DNA of 64,000 bases, taken from Squalus acanthias. Its lineage: Eukaryota. Numbering within the stretch: the first letter of the stretch is position 1; the number at the start of each line of letters is the position of its first letter. Under the pieces are notes generated by a model. That model had not been told where the DNA came from and searched no databases. It was given only the letters and a program-made list of their open reading frames with translations. The position numbers were made by a program, and so were the translations under genes. The stretch covers positions 149,980,001 to 150,044,000 of the forward strand of contig CM059432.1 of NCBI GenBank assembly GCA_030390025.1. Reading direction: 5' to 3'. Positions 24,106-37,173 of the stretch are shown piece after piece.

Positions 24106-24917
24106 TACCTTAACAATAGTCATTTCTAACCTCAAGCAATCACTCAAGCACTTCCAACTGTAGGAAAGTTGGTCATTCGAAACTACACAACAGACATGCT
24201 GTGAAACAAAATATTAATGCTTGAATTCTGCAATGCTAAAAGTTAGAGATGTAGAAATTCAATCGGGTGCACCATGGTCATATTGGAATAGGCAAAAAAT
24301 AGGTGTCCAGGTCCCTCTCCTGAAACAGTCGTTAGGCCCTTTGCATATATAAATAAGAGACCTAACGCCTGTTTCAAGCCCCCTATGCAAAATTGGGTTG
24401 CCCTTAACACAGCTGGTGCCAGGCCAGCTGTGCTCAGGATAACCAGATGTGCATGTGGCCTAACCAGTGGTTCTTAAAGGGCTGTAGGCTACCTCCAAAA
24501 AAAGTAAGTTTTAAAAAGATACTTATCTAAATGTAGAGGTGCTCCACGTGAGAACCATGGACCACTACTGACCACCTCTAGCTTCCCTTCTAATCGACCC
24601 CCCCCCCCCCGACCCTTGGCCCGATGTCCAGGTCGGCCCGCCCACCCATCGTGATCTCCCCAATCCCGATCACCCACCCCCTCCACAACCCTCAGCCCGA
24701 TCGACAGCAATTCCAGTCGCTCGCTCGACCTCCCCCAGCTGTTTGGCAACCGTGCTGGTACTAACGAGAATAGTGTCACCAATTTTCCCTCTAACTATTT
24801 TTTTTGGGTGCGGTGTCCCTTTAAATTTGCTGCCCGGCCTCTTTTCCAGCGGCAGCGGCTGGTGAGCGGCCTGCGCTGGGCCTCGCGATTGGCCGCGCAC
24901 CTGAGGGGGAACATTGA

Positions 24918-25760
24918 GGGCTGGATTTTGATACTGGGGCGGGCTGGGGTCGTGTCATCCACTTTTCATGTTATCCACCCGACTGCAATTGGATGTGGGA
25001 GATTGATGCAATTTTCACCTAATTGGGCAATTGAGTTCCAGCATGTGGGAACCCATGAACCAATTAGTGTTTTCAGTCTGAAAGTCACCTCTGATGATGT
25101 CATCATTGCTGCTGCATTGAAGGTCTGCAAACACTGCCTGGCCTTTGCTGTGAGAGGACCTGCAAAATGAGAAGCAGCAGCCCTAAGTCTGCGCCCAGAT
25201 ATTTTTACACCACCACTCTCAGATATGTCTCCTCCCCATCCATCTATATATGCGCCAGCCAGCCAGCCTCAACTATCCATATCCAAATGTGCTCCCGCCA
25301 GGTTTCACAATCGTGGTTCAGAACAGGCGTGCTTCACGTATAACAAGGGTTAAAAGTGAGAAGTCGCACAACACCAGGTTATAGTCCAACAATTTTATTT
25401 GAAATCACAAGCTTTTGGAGCGCTTGTGATTTCAAATAAAACTGTTGGACTATAATCTGGTGTTGTGCGACTTCTCACTTTTGTCCACCCCAGTCCAACA
25501 CCGGCATCTCCGCATAAAGGGTTAAAATCACAAAGGCCTTTCAAAATGGCATTATAGAGGCAATTTAGTGCTTGTTAAGGGCCTTAACAGCCTATCCCGC
25601 CTCTTAAAGGCGGGACGGAGTCGGGACCAGCAGATACGATTTAATGAAAATTGCGTGGAGGCGGGATGGAGGCGGACTTGTGCCCGCCCGCCAGTTTTCG
25701 CAATTTTAACCCCCCACACGCCTCCAAACCCACCTCAATGGGTCAATGAAAATCCAGCCC
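24918..25760. mobile_element. Harbinger-type MITE
   Basis: Perfect 12-bp TIR GGGCTGGATTTT / AAAATCCAGCCC, TSD TGA (24915-24917, 25761-25763). Confidence 0.8.
25352..25516. mobile_element. Fold-back Penelope-like terminal fragment
   Basis: ~61-bp inverted arms (25352-25412, 25422-25482) matching 19704-19761; flanking direct repeat AAGGGTTAAAA (25345-25355, 25517-25527). Confidence 0.85.
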
Positions 25761-26434
25761 TGAGTGTCACAACCTCTCTCGGCAACACCCTCTCGTTCCC
25801 TGTCCGGCTCAAATACCTTATCTGTCTCGTCCTTGGTTAAAAACTGAAGCAAGAATTGTATTGAGCACATTGAAGAACATTAGAAACAGGAGCAGGAGTC
25901 GGTCCCTCGGGCCCTCGAGCCTGCTCCACCATTCAATGAGATCATGGCTGATCCAATCTTGGCCTCAACTCCACTTCCCCGCTCTCTCCCCACTTGCAGC
26001 CTATTTAGCATCAGTTGTCATGCCCTCACCCAATCCCACTTTCAGTGGCCCTGCTCCATCTCTCACTTTCCTTTTCATCTTAATATAACTAAAAAACATT
26101 TTTATTATTATCCTTCACCTCTCTTGCCATATTCAATTCAAAAGTTTTCATGCCTTTTTTACAATCCTGCCACACCTTTCGGTATTGAATCGTCTTAATT
26201 CTCTGCCATTTTGCTTTATGGCCTAAGGTGGTATTTCTTCTTTATGAGTTGCTTGATATTCCCACCAAACCAGGCAGGAGTGTCCTGAAGCTTGGTGCCT
26301 TGGCTTTGTATGGGTAGACCTTGGACTATTGTATTCTGAATCCCCTCCTTGAAGGAACTCCATAGTTCCTCCACTTCCCCAGCCATATTGTCTCTCTCAC
26401 AAACTGAATCAGCGACCGGAAGCTCGGGGTCACC

Positions 26435-26940
26435 CTTGCGGACTGAACGCTTTGCGGAACACCTCCGTCCAGTCCGTAAGGGGGACCCCGAGTTTCCGGT
26501 CGCCTGTCACTTTAATTCTCCGCTCCACTCCCACTCTGACCTCACCATCCTCGGCCTCTTACACTGTTCCAATGAAGCTCAACGTAAGCTCGAGGAACAG
26601 CACCTCATCTTTCGATTAGGCACTTTACAGCCTTCTGGACTCAACATTGAGTTCAACAATTTCAGACTATAACCCCTGCCCCCATTTTTCAGGCTGTTGA
26701 TGATTCTGCCATCCCCATTTGCAATAGTTAATCTCTCCTGCCTCCTACCCGAGCACAGAATGTACCTTCAGTTCCTTCCTCCCCTCCCCCTTTCCCTGTC
26801 TCTGCACCTGCTTAAAATCTGTTACATCTCTAACCTTTTCCAGTTCTGACGAAGGGTCCCAGACCTGAAACGTTAACTCTGTTTCTCTCTCCATGGATGC
26901 TGCCTAGCCTGCTGAGTGCTTCCAGCATTTTCTGTTGTTA
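26435..26940 (+). mobile_element. Penelope-like element 3' end (second family) with hammerhead motif at 26842-26878
   Basis: RFAEHLR..PVACHFNSPLH..RKLEEQHLIFRLGTLQPSGLN (GIY-YIG C-terminus); AGTT-CTGACGA-AGGGTCCCAGACCT-GAAA-CGTT-AACT. Confidence 0.88.
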
Positions 26941-27549
26941 TTATGGTTGGTCCCTTACTAGTCGCCTCCGACAGTGCAACAATCCCTCAGAGGGGAAAAA
27001 AGACTAGGAGACATTTAAGTGGGTGGACACAGAGGAGCATGCTTAACTTTCTTTTAGTTTTTATGTAAAATTGTGTTTTAGGTGTTTACTTGAATCGGTT
27101 GGTGTTAATATTATGAGTATGAAGCTATTCCGATTTTTACTGTTCTATTTATTTGAGCATCACATTGCATGAACTGAAAACAAGCAATAGCTGCTCAGCC
27201 GAGGGAGGTAGGAGTATGCCTGAGCCTGCTGGTAATCAAAGGGTTAAAATAACAGGGTGATTCCACTGGCCACTGCAGAGCCTCACCGCGGGTGGGAGCA
27301 CAGATCGGGAAATCCAGCTTCACCATCCTCGCCCTGTCGTTGATTCGCGTTTCTATCTAGCAAGGCCCTGCGCTGGGAGGCTGGCTGTCTGTATTTACTT
27401 TTATATTTCAGGAACAATGGTTCCAAATTAAAAAATTGTAACTGCACCAAAAATGTATGTGTGTTTTTTTTAACGGAGTATATGTAGACATTTAATCAAA
27501 AAAGGTGCCAAGGCAAGGTTGGAGGATCATTCCGACGCCTCTCACCAGC

Positions 27550-29085
27550 TGTATAACCCTTAGGTACTGTTAATGTTGCCACAAGCATACCCTTCACATA
27601 TAGGAACTAAGCAGTTGTATTCAAAGCTTTGGAAATACACACTGAGAAAACTTGCAAGTGTCTCGGGACTCGTTGGTGAGCATCGCCACCTACTGGCCCT
27701 CTGGTGGGTAGACACACAATCCTGTGCCACGAGTTTCTTGGCCTCACCAATCAAGCTTTCAAATAAGTCAACAGAAATAAATTAATCTCGGGACGATAAA
27801 AGATTGCTACGGGGGCAGGGAGATGAAACGGTTTCCCAAAGATGTTTGGGACGATGACGCACCAATCTAGCTGCGTTTATTAACAAGACTGATACAAGGA
27901 CAGGAACTTAGTGCTCTGGATTCAACAATGTTAGCCTAGGTTTCCTGATCAGGCTGTAAGGTTAACTGGACCATGGGCTGTGCGTGAATCAGTCCCGCCC
28001 AACCAAAGTCTCCCGATCCCAGAAGAATTTCCCCAGTCAACCTAATTATAATATCGCTGGGAGCTTGCCTGTTGGGGATGAAGAATTGTGCGCTTGCTGC
28101 ACCAAGTCCCATTCACCCATCACCCCTGTGCTCTCTGACCTACATTGGCTCCTGGTTAAGCAACGCCTCGATTTCAAAATTCTCATCCTTGTTTTCAAAT
28201 CCCTCCATGGCTTCTCCCCTCCCTATCACTGTAATCTCCTCCAGCCCTACAGCCCCCCCGAGATATCTGCGCTCCTCTAATTCTGCCCTCTTGAGCATCC
28301 CTGATTATAATCGCTCAACCATTGGTGGCCGTGCCTTCTGTTGCCTCGGCCCCAAGCTCTGGAATTCCCTCCCTAAACCTCTCCGCCTCGCTACCTCTCT
28401 TTCCTCCTTTAAGACGCTCCTTAAAACCTACCTGTTTGACCAAACTCTTGGTCACCTGCCCTAATTTATCCTTATGTGGATCGGTGTCAAATGTGTTGTC
28501 TTAAAATACTCCTGTGCAGCGCCTTGGGACGTTTTACTACGTTAAAGGCGCTATATAAATACAAGTTGTTGTTGTTGTTGTTGGTTTTAAAGGCTTGTAA
28601 CTATAAAGGGGCAGGTGTAATTACACGTGTTCTTATAATTTAATCCTCAGATAATTAGGTTTGCAACATTGAATGTCGGATGTCAAGATTTATTAAGTGT
28701 ACAATAATTAATCATCCACTTAACAGTACTTACGACAACCTTGCGAGTTTTAGCCGGAACACATTGCAGTTCCAAGCTTGGTATAGAGGTTGATCCGACC
28801 ATAATCGAATTCTGGAGTATCTGTTCCAACACCTACTTTTTATACCTTTTTCTCACCCTTTCTACCTGACAATTTACATGCTTCATAGTTATAATATATA
28901 GTTATCATTCAACACTGATTTGTTTATGTTCTGTCCTTGCAGACATAGATCCCTAACTCCCTAACTTGACTACATTCGCCAACTGTCCGGAGATATGGGA
29001 CAGGTGCTTATCTTCCAGGCCTCCTTTCTAAGAATGAACAAGCCTGTCCTGTGTTTGTGACTTTGAACCATTTTAAGATATTACA
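27550..29085 (-). mobile_element. Candidate LTR (~1.05 kb net) with nested L2 3' end (28098-28585, plus)
   Basis: Minus strand starts TGTAA and ends TATACA; TATAAAAA near 28837-28844, AATAAA near 27875-27880; followed after 2 nt by TGG (PBS-like). Confidence 0.5.
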
Positions 29086-29090
29086 AATTA

Positions 29091-30955
29091 AGGCCTAGAA
29101 ATTCAGGGGTTTAGCGCCGGCCGTTAAGGCCCTTTTTGAAGGATAAATGGTAGCCGCCTCGCTTCTGCCCGCTTCCGGTGTGTCCCGCGGTGGCCGCCAT
29201 TTTGGGCAGGTCAGCAGCGCCTGTGTCGCTGCAGATATTTAGATTAGGCAGATCGTGATGTCAGTGAGTGTGCAATGCTCACATGATCTGCCATTTATGC
29301 CGTCGCCGCTCCACTTTCCGGCCTGTGTTAATCACAACCAGCTGAACAAGTGTTCAGCAGCAGGAAGGAACCTCCAGCAGCGATATTCAAAGGGATCATC
29401 ATCAACACTTGCAGCTGGCACGGTTTCTTAGTTTGACTGGCTCTGTGTAACTTTCTGCAACTCTTGCAGCTTTCTAAACTTGTTTCAAGTTCCTGAGGTG
29501 ACAGAAAATGCCTTCATTCTCATTTAATAGCTTCTGCTCATACCACTTGCTCACAGTCATGAGGGCTCTACTGGCCGTCCCCCTCACGTCAAGTATCTTA
29601 GGGAGAGGGAGCGGAGGCAGCGAAGAAGAGAAGATGCTCACAGAGGGAGGAGGAGGGCCAGGAGGACACTCAGCAGGGGGCCTTACCCACTGAGGGTCTC
29701 TCGACAGCACTTCTCTTATATCCACTTAAGCCAGGAGCAGTGTATTAGGAGGCTCCGCTTCAGCAAGGAGGTGGTCACAGAACTCTGCCACCTCCTGCAA
29801 CCAGACCTGCAGCCTGAGAGCAGGGCAAACACAGCTCTCCCAGTGGCCCTCAAGGTCACCGTGGCCCTCAATTTCTTCACCAGCGGATCCTTCCAGTCTG
29901 AGACATCACTAACATCTCCTAGTTCGCTGTCCATCTCTGCATCCGGGAGGTCACAGAGGCTCTCTACACCAGGAGAAGGGACTACGTTGTCTTCTCTCTG
30001 AGCTGAGAGAAGCAGGAGGAGCGCGCATGTGGCTTTGCCAGGATAGCGGGCTTCCCCATGGTGCAGGGTGCCATCGACTGCTTTGCGGGCACCACACACC
30101 ACTCCTGAGATGTTCTGTAACCGCAAAGACTATCACTCACTTAATGTGCAGTTGGTGTGCGACCACGCCCAGCGCATCATGGTGGTGAATGCCCGCTATC
30201 CTGGCAGCAGCCACGATGCCTTCATCCTGTGCCAGTCCACTGTGCCAGCCGCCATGTCAAACCCGAGGGCTATCCGCTCTCCACCTATCTCATGACTCCC
30301 CTCTGCAACCCCAACACTCATGCCCAGCACTCATATAATGAGAGCCATGCTGCCACCAGGAACATCATCGAGCATGCAATCGGGGTGCTCAAGCAACGGT
30401 TCCGCTGCCTTGACCGCTTGGGAGGAGTCCTCCAGTACTCATCAGAATGCGTGTCCCATTTCATGGTGGTCTGCTGCATGCTTCGCAACTTGGCCATCAT
30501 GACGGCACAGCCCTTGCCACCAGGGATTGCGGGAGGAGGAGAGAGAGGAGGAGGAAGAGGAAGAGGACAAAGATGAGGAGGAAGCGAGGAGGCAGGCAGC
30601 AGATCCTCATTCCGGAAGGGTTGTCCCTGAAGGCCTCATCAGACTCCGATTCCAGTGAATGAAATCCCAGATCCACACTGCTCACCACATCCCCAGCATA
30701 CCAGCCCTCTGTCACGGAACATCACAGCGTCCTCCTGGGCACAATGCAGAAACAAAAATTTATCATAATACAATCAACATTACAATATGAACTAATCAAT
30801 CTTGTGCAATCCCTTAGTGCCTGTCGTTTGTGTGCCCTTTCCTACCATAGTGCTCCTACGCAGTGCTCCCCCAGTGGCTGCAACATGGCTGGTGGATGGC
30901 TGCTGACTTTCCGTGGGCGAGACTACAGATGGCCTTGCAGGAAAACCTTGACAGG
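29091..30955 (+). mobile_element. Harbinger copy 3: end sequence, degenerate transposase (29559-30660, +) and tip of the Myb gene (30790-30955, -)
   Basis: AGGCCTAGAAATTCAG after TTA; LRFSKEVVTELCHLLQPDLQ, NRKDYHSLNVQLVCD, YPGSSHDAF, RNIIEHAIGVLKQRF, with frameshifts and deletions. Confidence 0.88.
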
Positions 30956-31665
30956 CAGTGTCGGAGCAGTGAATGACTGACCGCAACTTCAGCATTTCCG
31001 CGTTTAGATGTGCTTGCGCTACATCCTGAAGTTGCGGTCAGTTTCAAAGAGGTAGTAGCAGCGAACGCTGTTAGTTCTCCGTTATTACCCACCGCAAATT
31101 CCAGCTCATTCTTTACAGAGAACCCATTCCCACTCTCTCACTGTCTGCATGTCACAGCTTGGCTCTCATGGTTGGGCTACTTGTCAGATGTATTCTCTCG
31201 CCTGAATGAGCTAAATCTAGGGCTTCAAGGGTTGAGTGCAACCATCTTCAATGTCCAGGACAAAGTTGAGTCCACGATAAAAAAGCTGGAATTCTGGGCT
31301 CGCTTTGAGGAAGAAAACAACACTGACATTTTCCCAAACATGCATGAATTCCTGACAACGGAGGAACCACAGTTGCAGGACAGTGTTAACGGTGACATCA
31401 AGCAACATCTCCCTGAACTGGCGAGGCAATTATGTGAGTACTTTCCCTCAATGGGAAACGCAAACAGCTGGGTCCGCCACCCTTGCACAATTTTTTCTGC
31501 AGTACCCATGCTGCAAGACTTGTCAATAAAAGAACAAGGGAACCTCCTGGACATTTCAACTGGCGGCGGACTCAAGATTGAGTTCCAACAAAAGCAGTTG
31601 GCTGAGTTTTGGGTCCAAATGCGAGCCAAGTTCCCGGAATTGTCAGACAGGGCTATTAAGGTTTC

Positions 31666-32728
31666 ATCCCCTCCCCCTTTTCCCAGCATTACATAACATA
31701 GAAACATAGAAGATAGGAGTAGGAGTAGGCCATTCAGCCCCTCGAGCCTGCTCCGCCATTCAATGCGATCATGGCTGATCATCCAAATTCAGTACCCTGT
31801 CCCTGCTTTCTCCCCATATCCCTTGATCCCTTTAGCTTTAAGAAATATATCTAACTCCTTCTTGAATATATTTAATGAATTGGCCTCTACTGCCTTCTGT
31901 GGTAGAGAATTCTACAGGTTCACCACTCTCTGGGTGAAGAAATTCCTCCTCATCTCAGTCCTAAATGGCTTACCCCTTATCCTTAGACTGTGACCCCTGG
32001 TTCTGGACTCCCCAGCCATCGGGAACATCCTTCCTGCATCTAGTCTGTCTAGTCCTGTCAGAATTTTATAAGTTTCAATGAGATCCCCTCTCATTCTTCT
32101 AAACTCTAGCGAATACAAGCCCAATCGACCCAATCTCTCCTCATACGTCATTCCTGCCATCCCAGGTATCAGCCTGGTGAATCTTCGCTGCACTCCCTCC
32201 ATGGCAAGAACATCCTTCCTCAGATAAGGCGACCAAAACTGCACACAATACTCAAGATGTAGTCTCACCAAGGCCCTGTACAACTGCAGCAAGACATCCT
32301 TGCTCCTGTACTCGAATCCTCTCGCTATGAAGGCCAACATACTATTTGCCTTCTTAACCGCCTGCTGCACCTGCATGTTTACCTTCAGCGACTGGTGCAC
32401 AAGGACACCCAGGTCTCGTTGCACTTCCCCTTCTCCCAATCTATTGCCATTCAGATAATAATCTGCCTTCCTGTTTTTGACACCAAAGTGGATAACCTCG
32501 CATTTATCCACCTTATATTGCATCTGCCATGCTTCTGCCCAATCACCCAACCTATACTTGCTTTAAAATCTATTTAATTTCCTGCTTTTTTCCAGTTCTG
32601 ACGAAAGGTCTTCAACCTGAAACGTTAACTCTGTTTCTCTCTCCACGGATGCTGCCTGGCCTGCTGAGTTTTTCCAGCGTTTTCTGTTGTTATTTCGGAT
32701 TTCCAGCATCCGCAGTATTTTGCTATCG
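31666..32728 (+). mobile_element. Penelope-like terminal fragment (hammerhead 32594-32630) carrying a nested CR1
   Basis: 12-bp direct repeat TATTAAGGTTTC at 31654-31665 and 32729-32740; both sides of the CR1 match 26780-26940. Confidence 0.8.
31691..32551 (-). mobile_element. CR1 LINE 3' fragment
   Basis: ORF 31912-32550 (WQMQYKVDKCEVIHFG..LEYCVQFWSP..RGDLIETYK) plus 3'UTR and tail. Confidence 0.95.
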
Positions 32729-33296
32729 TATTAAGGTTTCGATACCATTTGCTACAACTTACCTGTGTGAAAGTGGATTCTCATCACTCACTGGAATGAA
32801 AGCAAAGTACCGTCAGCAGCTTTGTGCAGAAAATCACTTATGACTCAAACTATCACCTGTCACTCCAAACATTATGCGCCTATGCTTGAACAAACAACCT
32901 CATCCATCACATTAATGGTGAGAGGTACTATTAAGGCATTGTTTAAGTTCTATATGTGTATTATAATTTGTACATTTTGTACAATGTTTGGGCATTAAAG
33001 GGGTTAAAGTATTAACCCTGTGTGCTTGGAGGAGTACGCGGGCAGCTGGTGGATCTGGAAGGGGGTACGCTATAAATAAAGTTTGGGAACCTCTGCTCCA
33101 ATAGATTGGTCAAACACAATTTCCCTTTCAGAAAACCATGTTGACTCTGCCTAATTATTTTATGATTTTCTAAGTGCCCTGTAACCATTTCCTTAATAAT
33201 GGATTCCAGCATTTTCCTGACGACTGATGTCAGGCTAACTGGCCTGTAGTTGCCTGTTTTCTCTCTCCCTCCTTTCTTGAATAGCGGCGTTACATC

Positions 33297-33768
33297 TGAA
33301 AGAAAGAAACACTTGCATTTCTATAGCGCCTTTCACGACCACCGGACGTCCCAAAGCGCTTTACAGCCAATGAAGTACTTTTAGAAGTGTAGTCACTGTT
33401 GTAATGTAGGAAACACGGCAGCCAATTTGCGCACAGCAAGCTCCCACAAACAGCAATGTGATAATGACCAGCTAATCTGTTTTAGTGATGTTGGTTGAGG
33501 GATAAATATTGGCCAGGACACCGGGGATAGCTCCCCTGCTCTTCTTCGAATAGTGCCATGGGATCTTTTACATCCACCTGAGAGAGCAGACGGAGCCTCG
33601 GTTTAACGTCTCAACCAAAAGATGGCACCTCTGACAGTGCAGCACTCCCTCAGTACTGCACTGGAGTGTCAGCCTTGATTTTTGTGCTCAAGTGTCTGGA
33701 GTGGGACTTGAACCCGCAACCTTCTGACTCAGAGGCAAGGGTGCTACCCCCTGAGCCATGGTTAACAC
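33297..33768 (-). mobile_element. Full-length Deu-like tRNA SINE
   Basis: Reverse complement: TGGCTCAGGGGGTAG...GGGTTCAAGTCC head, Deu-like core, L2-type tail GGCGCTATAGAAATGCAAGTGTTTCTTTC. Confidence 0.88.
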
Positions 33769-35237
33769 ATTTACTACCATCCAATCCACTGGGACCATTC
33801 CAGAAGTTAGGACATTTTAGAAGATCACTATCTCTGTAGCCTCCTCTTTTAGAACCCGAGGACGTAGGCCACCTGGCCCAGGGGATTTGTCAGTTTTTAG
33901 TCCCATTAATTTCTCCAGTACTTTTTCTTTACTAATATTAATTACTTTAAGTTCCTCGCTCTCATTCGACCCTTGGCTCCCCACTATTTCTGGCATGTTT
34001 TTTGTGTCTTCTACTGTGAAGACAGATACAAAATATTTGTTTAACGTCTCTGCCATTTCCTTACTTCTCATTATAATTTCTCCTGTCTCAGCCTCTAAGG
34101 GACCCACGTTTACTTTTGCTACTCTCTTCCTTTTTACATACTTGAATAAACTCTCACAATCTGTTTTTATATTTCTTGCTAGTTTACTCTCATATTCTAT
34201 TTTCTCCCTCTTTATCAATTTCTTGGTCATCCTTTGCCGGTTTCTAAAACTCTCCCAATCCTTAGGCTTACTACTCTTCTTGACAACATTATAAACCTCT
34301 TCTTTTTATCTAATGCTATCCTTAACTTCTTTAGTTAGCTACAGATAGATCACTTTTCCAGTGGAGTTTTTATTTCTCAATGGAATGTATATTCGTTGTG
34401 AATTATAAATGTTCGCCATTACTTATTTACCGTCATACCTTTTAATCTAATTTCCCAATCTACCGTAGCCAACTCATCCCTCATACCTATGTAATTGGCT
34501 TTATTTAAGTTTAATACTCTAGTTTCAGACTTAAATATGTCACTCTCGAACTCAACGTGAAATTCTATCATATTATGATTACTCTTCCCCAGAGGATCCC
34601 TTACTATGAGATTACGAATTAACCCTCTCTCATTACACAAATAAACTCTTCCCTGGTTGGTTCCATGACATATTATTCTAGGAAACTGTCTCGGATGTAT
34701 TCCATGAACTTATCCTCCAAACTACTTTTGCCAATTTGATTTGTCCAGTCTATATGAAGATTAAAGTCCCCCACGATTATTGCATTACCTTTGTTACAAG
34801 CTCCTCTTATTTCTTGATTAATACTCTGTCCAACAATATAACTACTGTTAGGGGGCCTATAAACTACTCCCACCAGTGTTTTCTGCCCCTTGTTATTTCT
34901 TAGCTCCACCCATACTGATTCTGCTTCCTGCTCTTCCTCACTACTGTTATCGTTTCATCCTTTATTATCAGGGCTACCCCCCTCCTTTTCAATTTTGTCT
35001 GTCTTTTTGAAATGTCAGTTACCCTGGAATAGTTAATTCCCAACCTTGGTCACCATGCAACTACATCTCTGTAATGGCCATTAGATCAAACCCATTTATC
35101 TCCATTTGTGCCATGAATTTGTTTATCTTGTTAAGAATGCTTCGTCCATTCTGATAAAGCACCTTTAGTTTTAACTTTTTACCATTTTCCCCTGATTTGA
35201 CATTATTCACTGAGGCACTATTACTGTTAAACTCTCT

Positions 35238-35470
35238 GGGGGAGAAGTTCAATATCGCCTCGTTTGGGGGCGGTAACTTTTGAAAGCTGGGAAACTTAGC
35301 GCCAGGCGCTAATGATCCCCAGCTTTTTAAAAATTGGATTTTAGCACTCCAGAAAGGACGTGGAGAGCTCAATCAAGCGTCCATTTCCTTCCTGGAGCGC
35401 TAAAGGATGCAGGCGGGGCGGTAGTGGTGCAGCGTTAACGGGAGGCGCTAAACCACCGAATTTCTTCTCC
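35238..35470. mobile_element. 233-bp MITE related to the 8030-12153 Harbinger
   Basis: Ends GGGGGAGAAGTTC / GAATTTCTTCTCC, TSD TCT (35235-35237, 35471-35473); right end AACGGGAGGCGC matches 12121-12132. Confidence 0.85.
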
Positions 35471-37173
35471 TCTGTCCCTTTGTTAGAGGTGTTCAAAATC
35501 ATGAAGGGTTTTGATCGAGTAAATAAGAAACTGGTTCCAATGACAAACCGGTCAGTAACCAGAAGATACCGATTTAAGGTAATTGGCAAAAGAACCACAG
35601 GCGACATGAGAAAAAAAATTACGCAGCGAGTTATTATGATCTGGAATCCACTGCCTGAGAGGGTGGTGGAAGCAGATTCAATAGTAACTTTCAAAAGGGA
35701 ATACTTGAATTTGCAGCGCTATGGGGAAAGAGCAAGGGAGTGGCGTTAATTGGATAACTCGTTCAAAGAGCCAGCACAGGCACAATGGGCTGAATGGCCT
35801 CCTACTGTGCTGTATCATTTTATGATTTATTTATGATTCCTGTCACACTCTGCTTATCTTTACCCAAATCGCTACACTAGTCTGTGGCCTTGACTTTTCT
35901 CTTTAGATTTATAAATTTCCCCTCACCTGAACCCTCCCCGCCATTTTTAGTTTAAAGCCCTATCTATATCCTAGTTATTCGATTTGCCAGGACACTGGGC
36001 CCAGCCCGGGTTGAGTGGAGCCCGTCCCATGGAACAGCTCCCTCTTTCCCAAGTACTGGTACCAGTGTCCCATGAATCAAAACCCCTGTGTCCTATATCA
36101 CTCTTTGAGCCACACATTCAACTCTCTGATCTGTTTGACCCTATGCTAATTTGCGTGTGGCTCAGGAAGTAATCCAGAGATTATTATCTTTAAGTTTCTG
36201 CTTATTAATTTGGGCCTTAGCTCCTCAAACTCCCTGAGCAGAATCTCATTCTTAGTTCTACCTATGTCATTGGTTCCTACGTGGACCATGACAACTGGAT
36301 CCTCCCCCTCCCACTCCAAGTTCTTCTCCAGCTGCGAGGAGAACAACACAACCTTCGGAACTCCTGGTGATGGCTGCAGGGAACAGCATCTATACCCCTG
36401 AATGTACCGTCCCCTATCACATTCCTATTCACTCCCCCCACTTGAATGGCCTCCTGCACCGTGGTGCCATGGTCAGTTTGCTCATCCATCCTGCAGGCTT
36501 TGCCCTCATCCACACAGGCAGCAAGAACCTCGTACCTGTTGGACAAGGGCAAAGGCCGAGGCTCCTCCAGCACTGCACCTGGGGTCCCTTTACCTGCCTG
36601 AGTCACAGTCACACCCTCCTGTCCCGGACCACTAACCAGACCTGTACCACTCCCTAACCTAAGGGGTGTGACTGCCTCCTGGATCAAAGTGTCCAGGTAA
36701 CTCTCCCCCTCCCTGATGCCCCGCAATGTCTGCACCTCGGACTCCAGCTCAACAACTCTGAACTGAAGTTCCTCAAGATGCAGTCACTTACTGCAAATGT
36801 GGTTGTCCGGGATCACAATGCTCTCCACAAACTCCCACATGCTGCAGTTGCAGCACACCACCTGCACTGCCATCCCTGTCTAACCTTGTTTTATTTATTT
36901 AATGAATTAAAGTTTATGGCCTAGAAATTCATTAGCCCCCAAAAATGGGCACGGGGCTTGCGATGCAGATGTAAATGAATGCAGGCAGCAGGCAAACTGA
37001 TTAGCATGATTGCGGCTTTCAGGACAACATTGAACACGCTACTGAGTGGCTGAATGCTCAGCAGGGGGTCCAAGTCCCTGTGAGGCTATATAGAACATAG
37101 AACATAGAACAGTACAGCACAGTACAGGCCCTTCGGCCCTCGATGTTGTGCCGAGCATTGTCCGAGACCAAGA

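Larger units (their letters stand above)
31110..33095 (+). mobile_element. hAT (Buster/Charlie-like) transposon, 3' half
   Basis: LGYLSDVFSRLNELNLGLQG..KKLEFW..FWV..FPELS..IKV | IPFATTYLCESGFSSL..KYR (hAT dimerisation region); right TIR GGGAACCTCTG ends at 33095; left end missing. Confidence 0.85.
33096..36890 (-). mobile_element. Older CR1 LINE, 5' two-thirds (ORF1 esterase, endonuclease, start of RT), degenerate and interrupted
   Basis: VHVGTNDIG and IISGLLP (ORF1); AITE, YRPP, GDFN, KSPGP, QHGFLKGKLCLTNLLE (ORF2); SINE, MITE and a plus-strand CR1 piece (35480-35830) are inserted. Confidence 0.88.
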
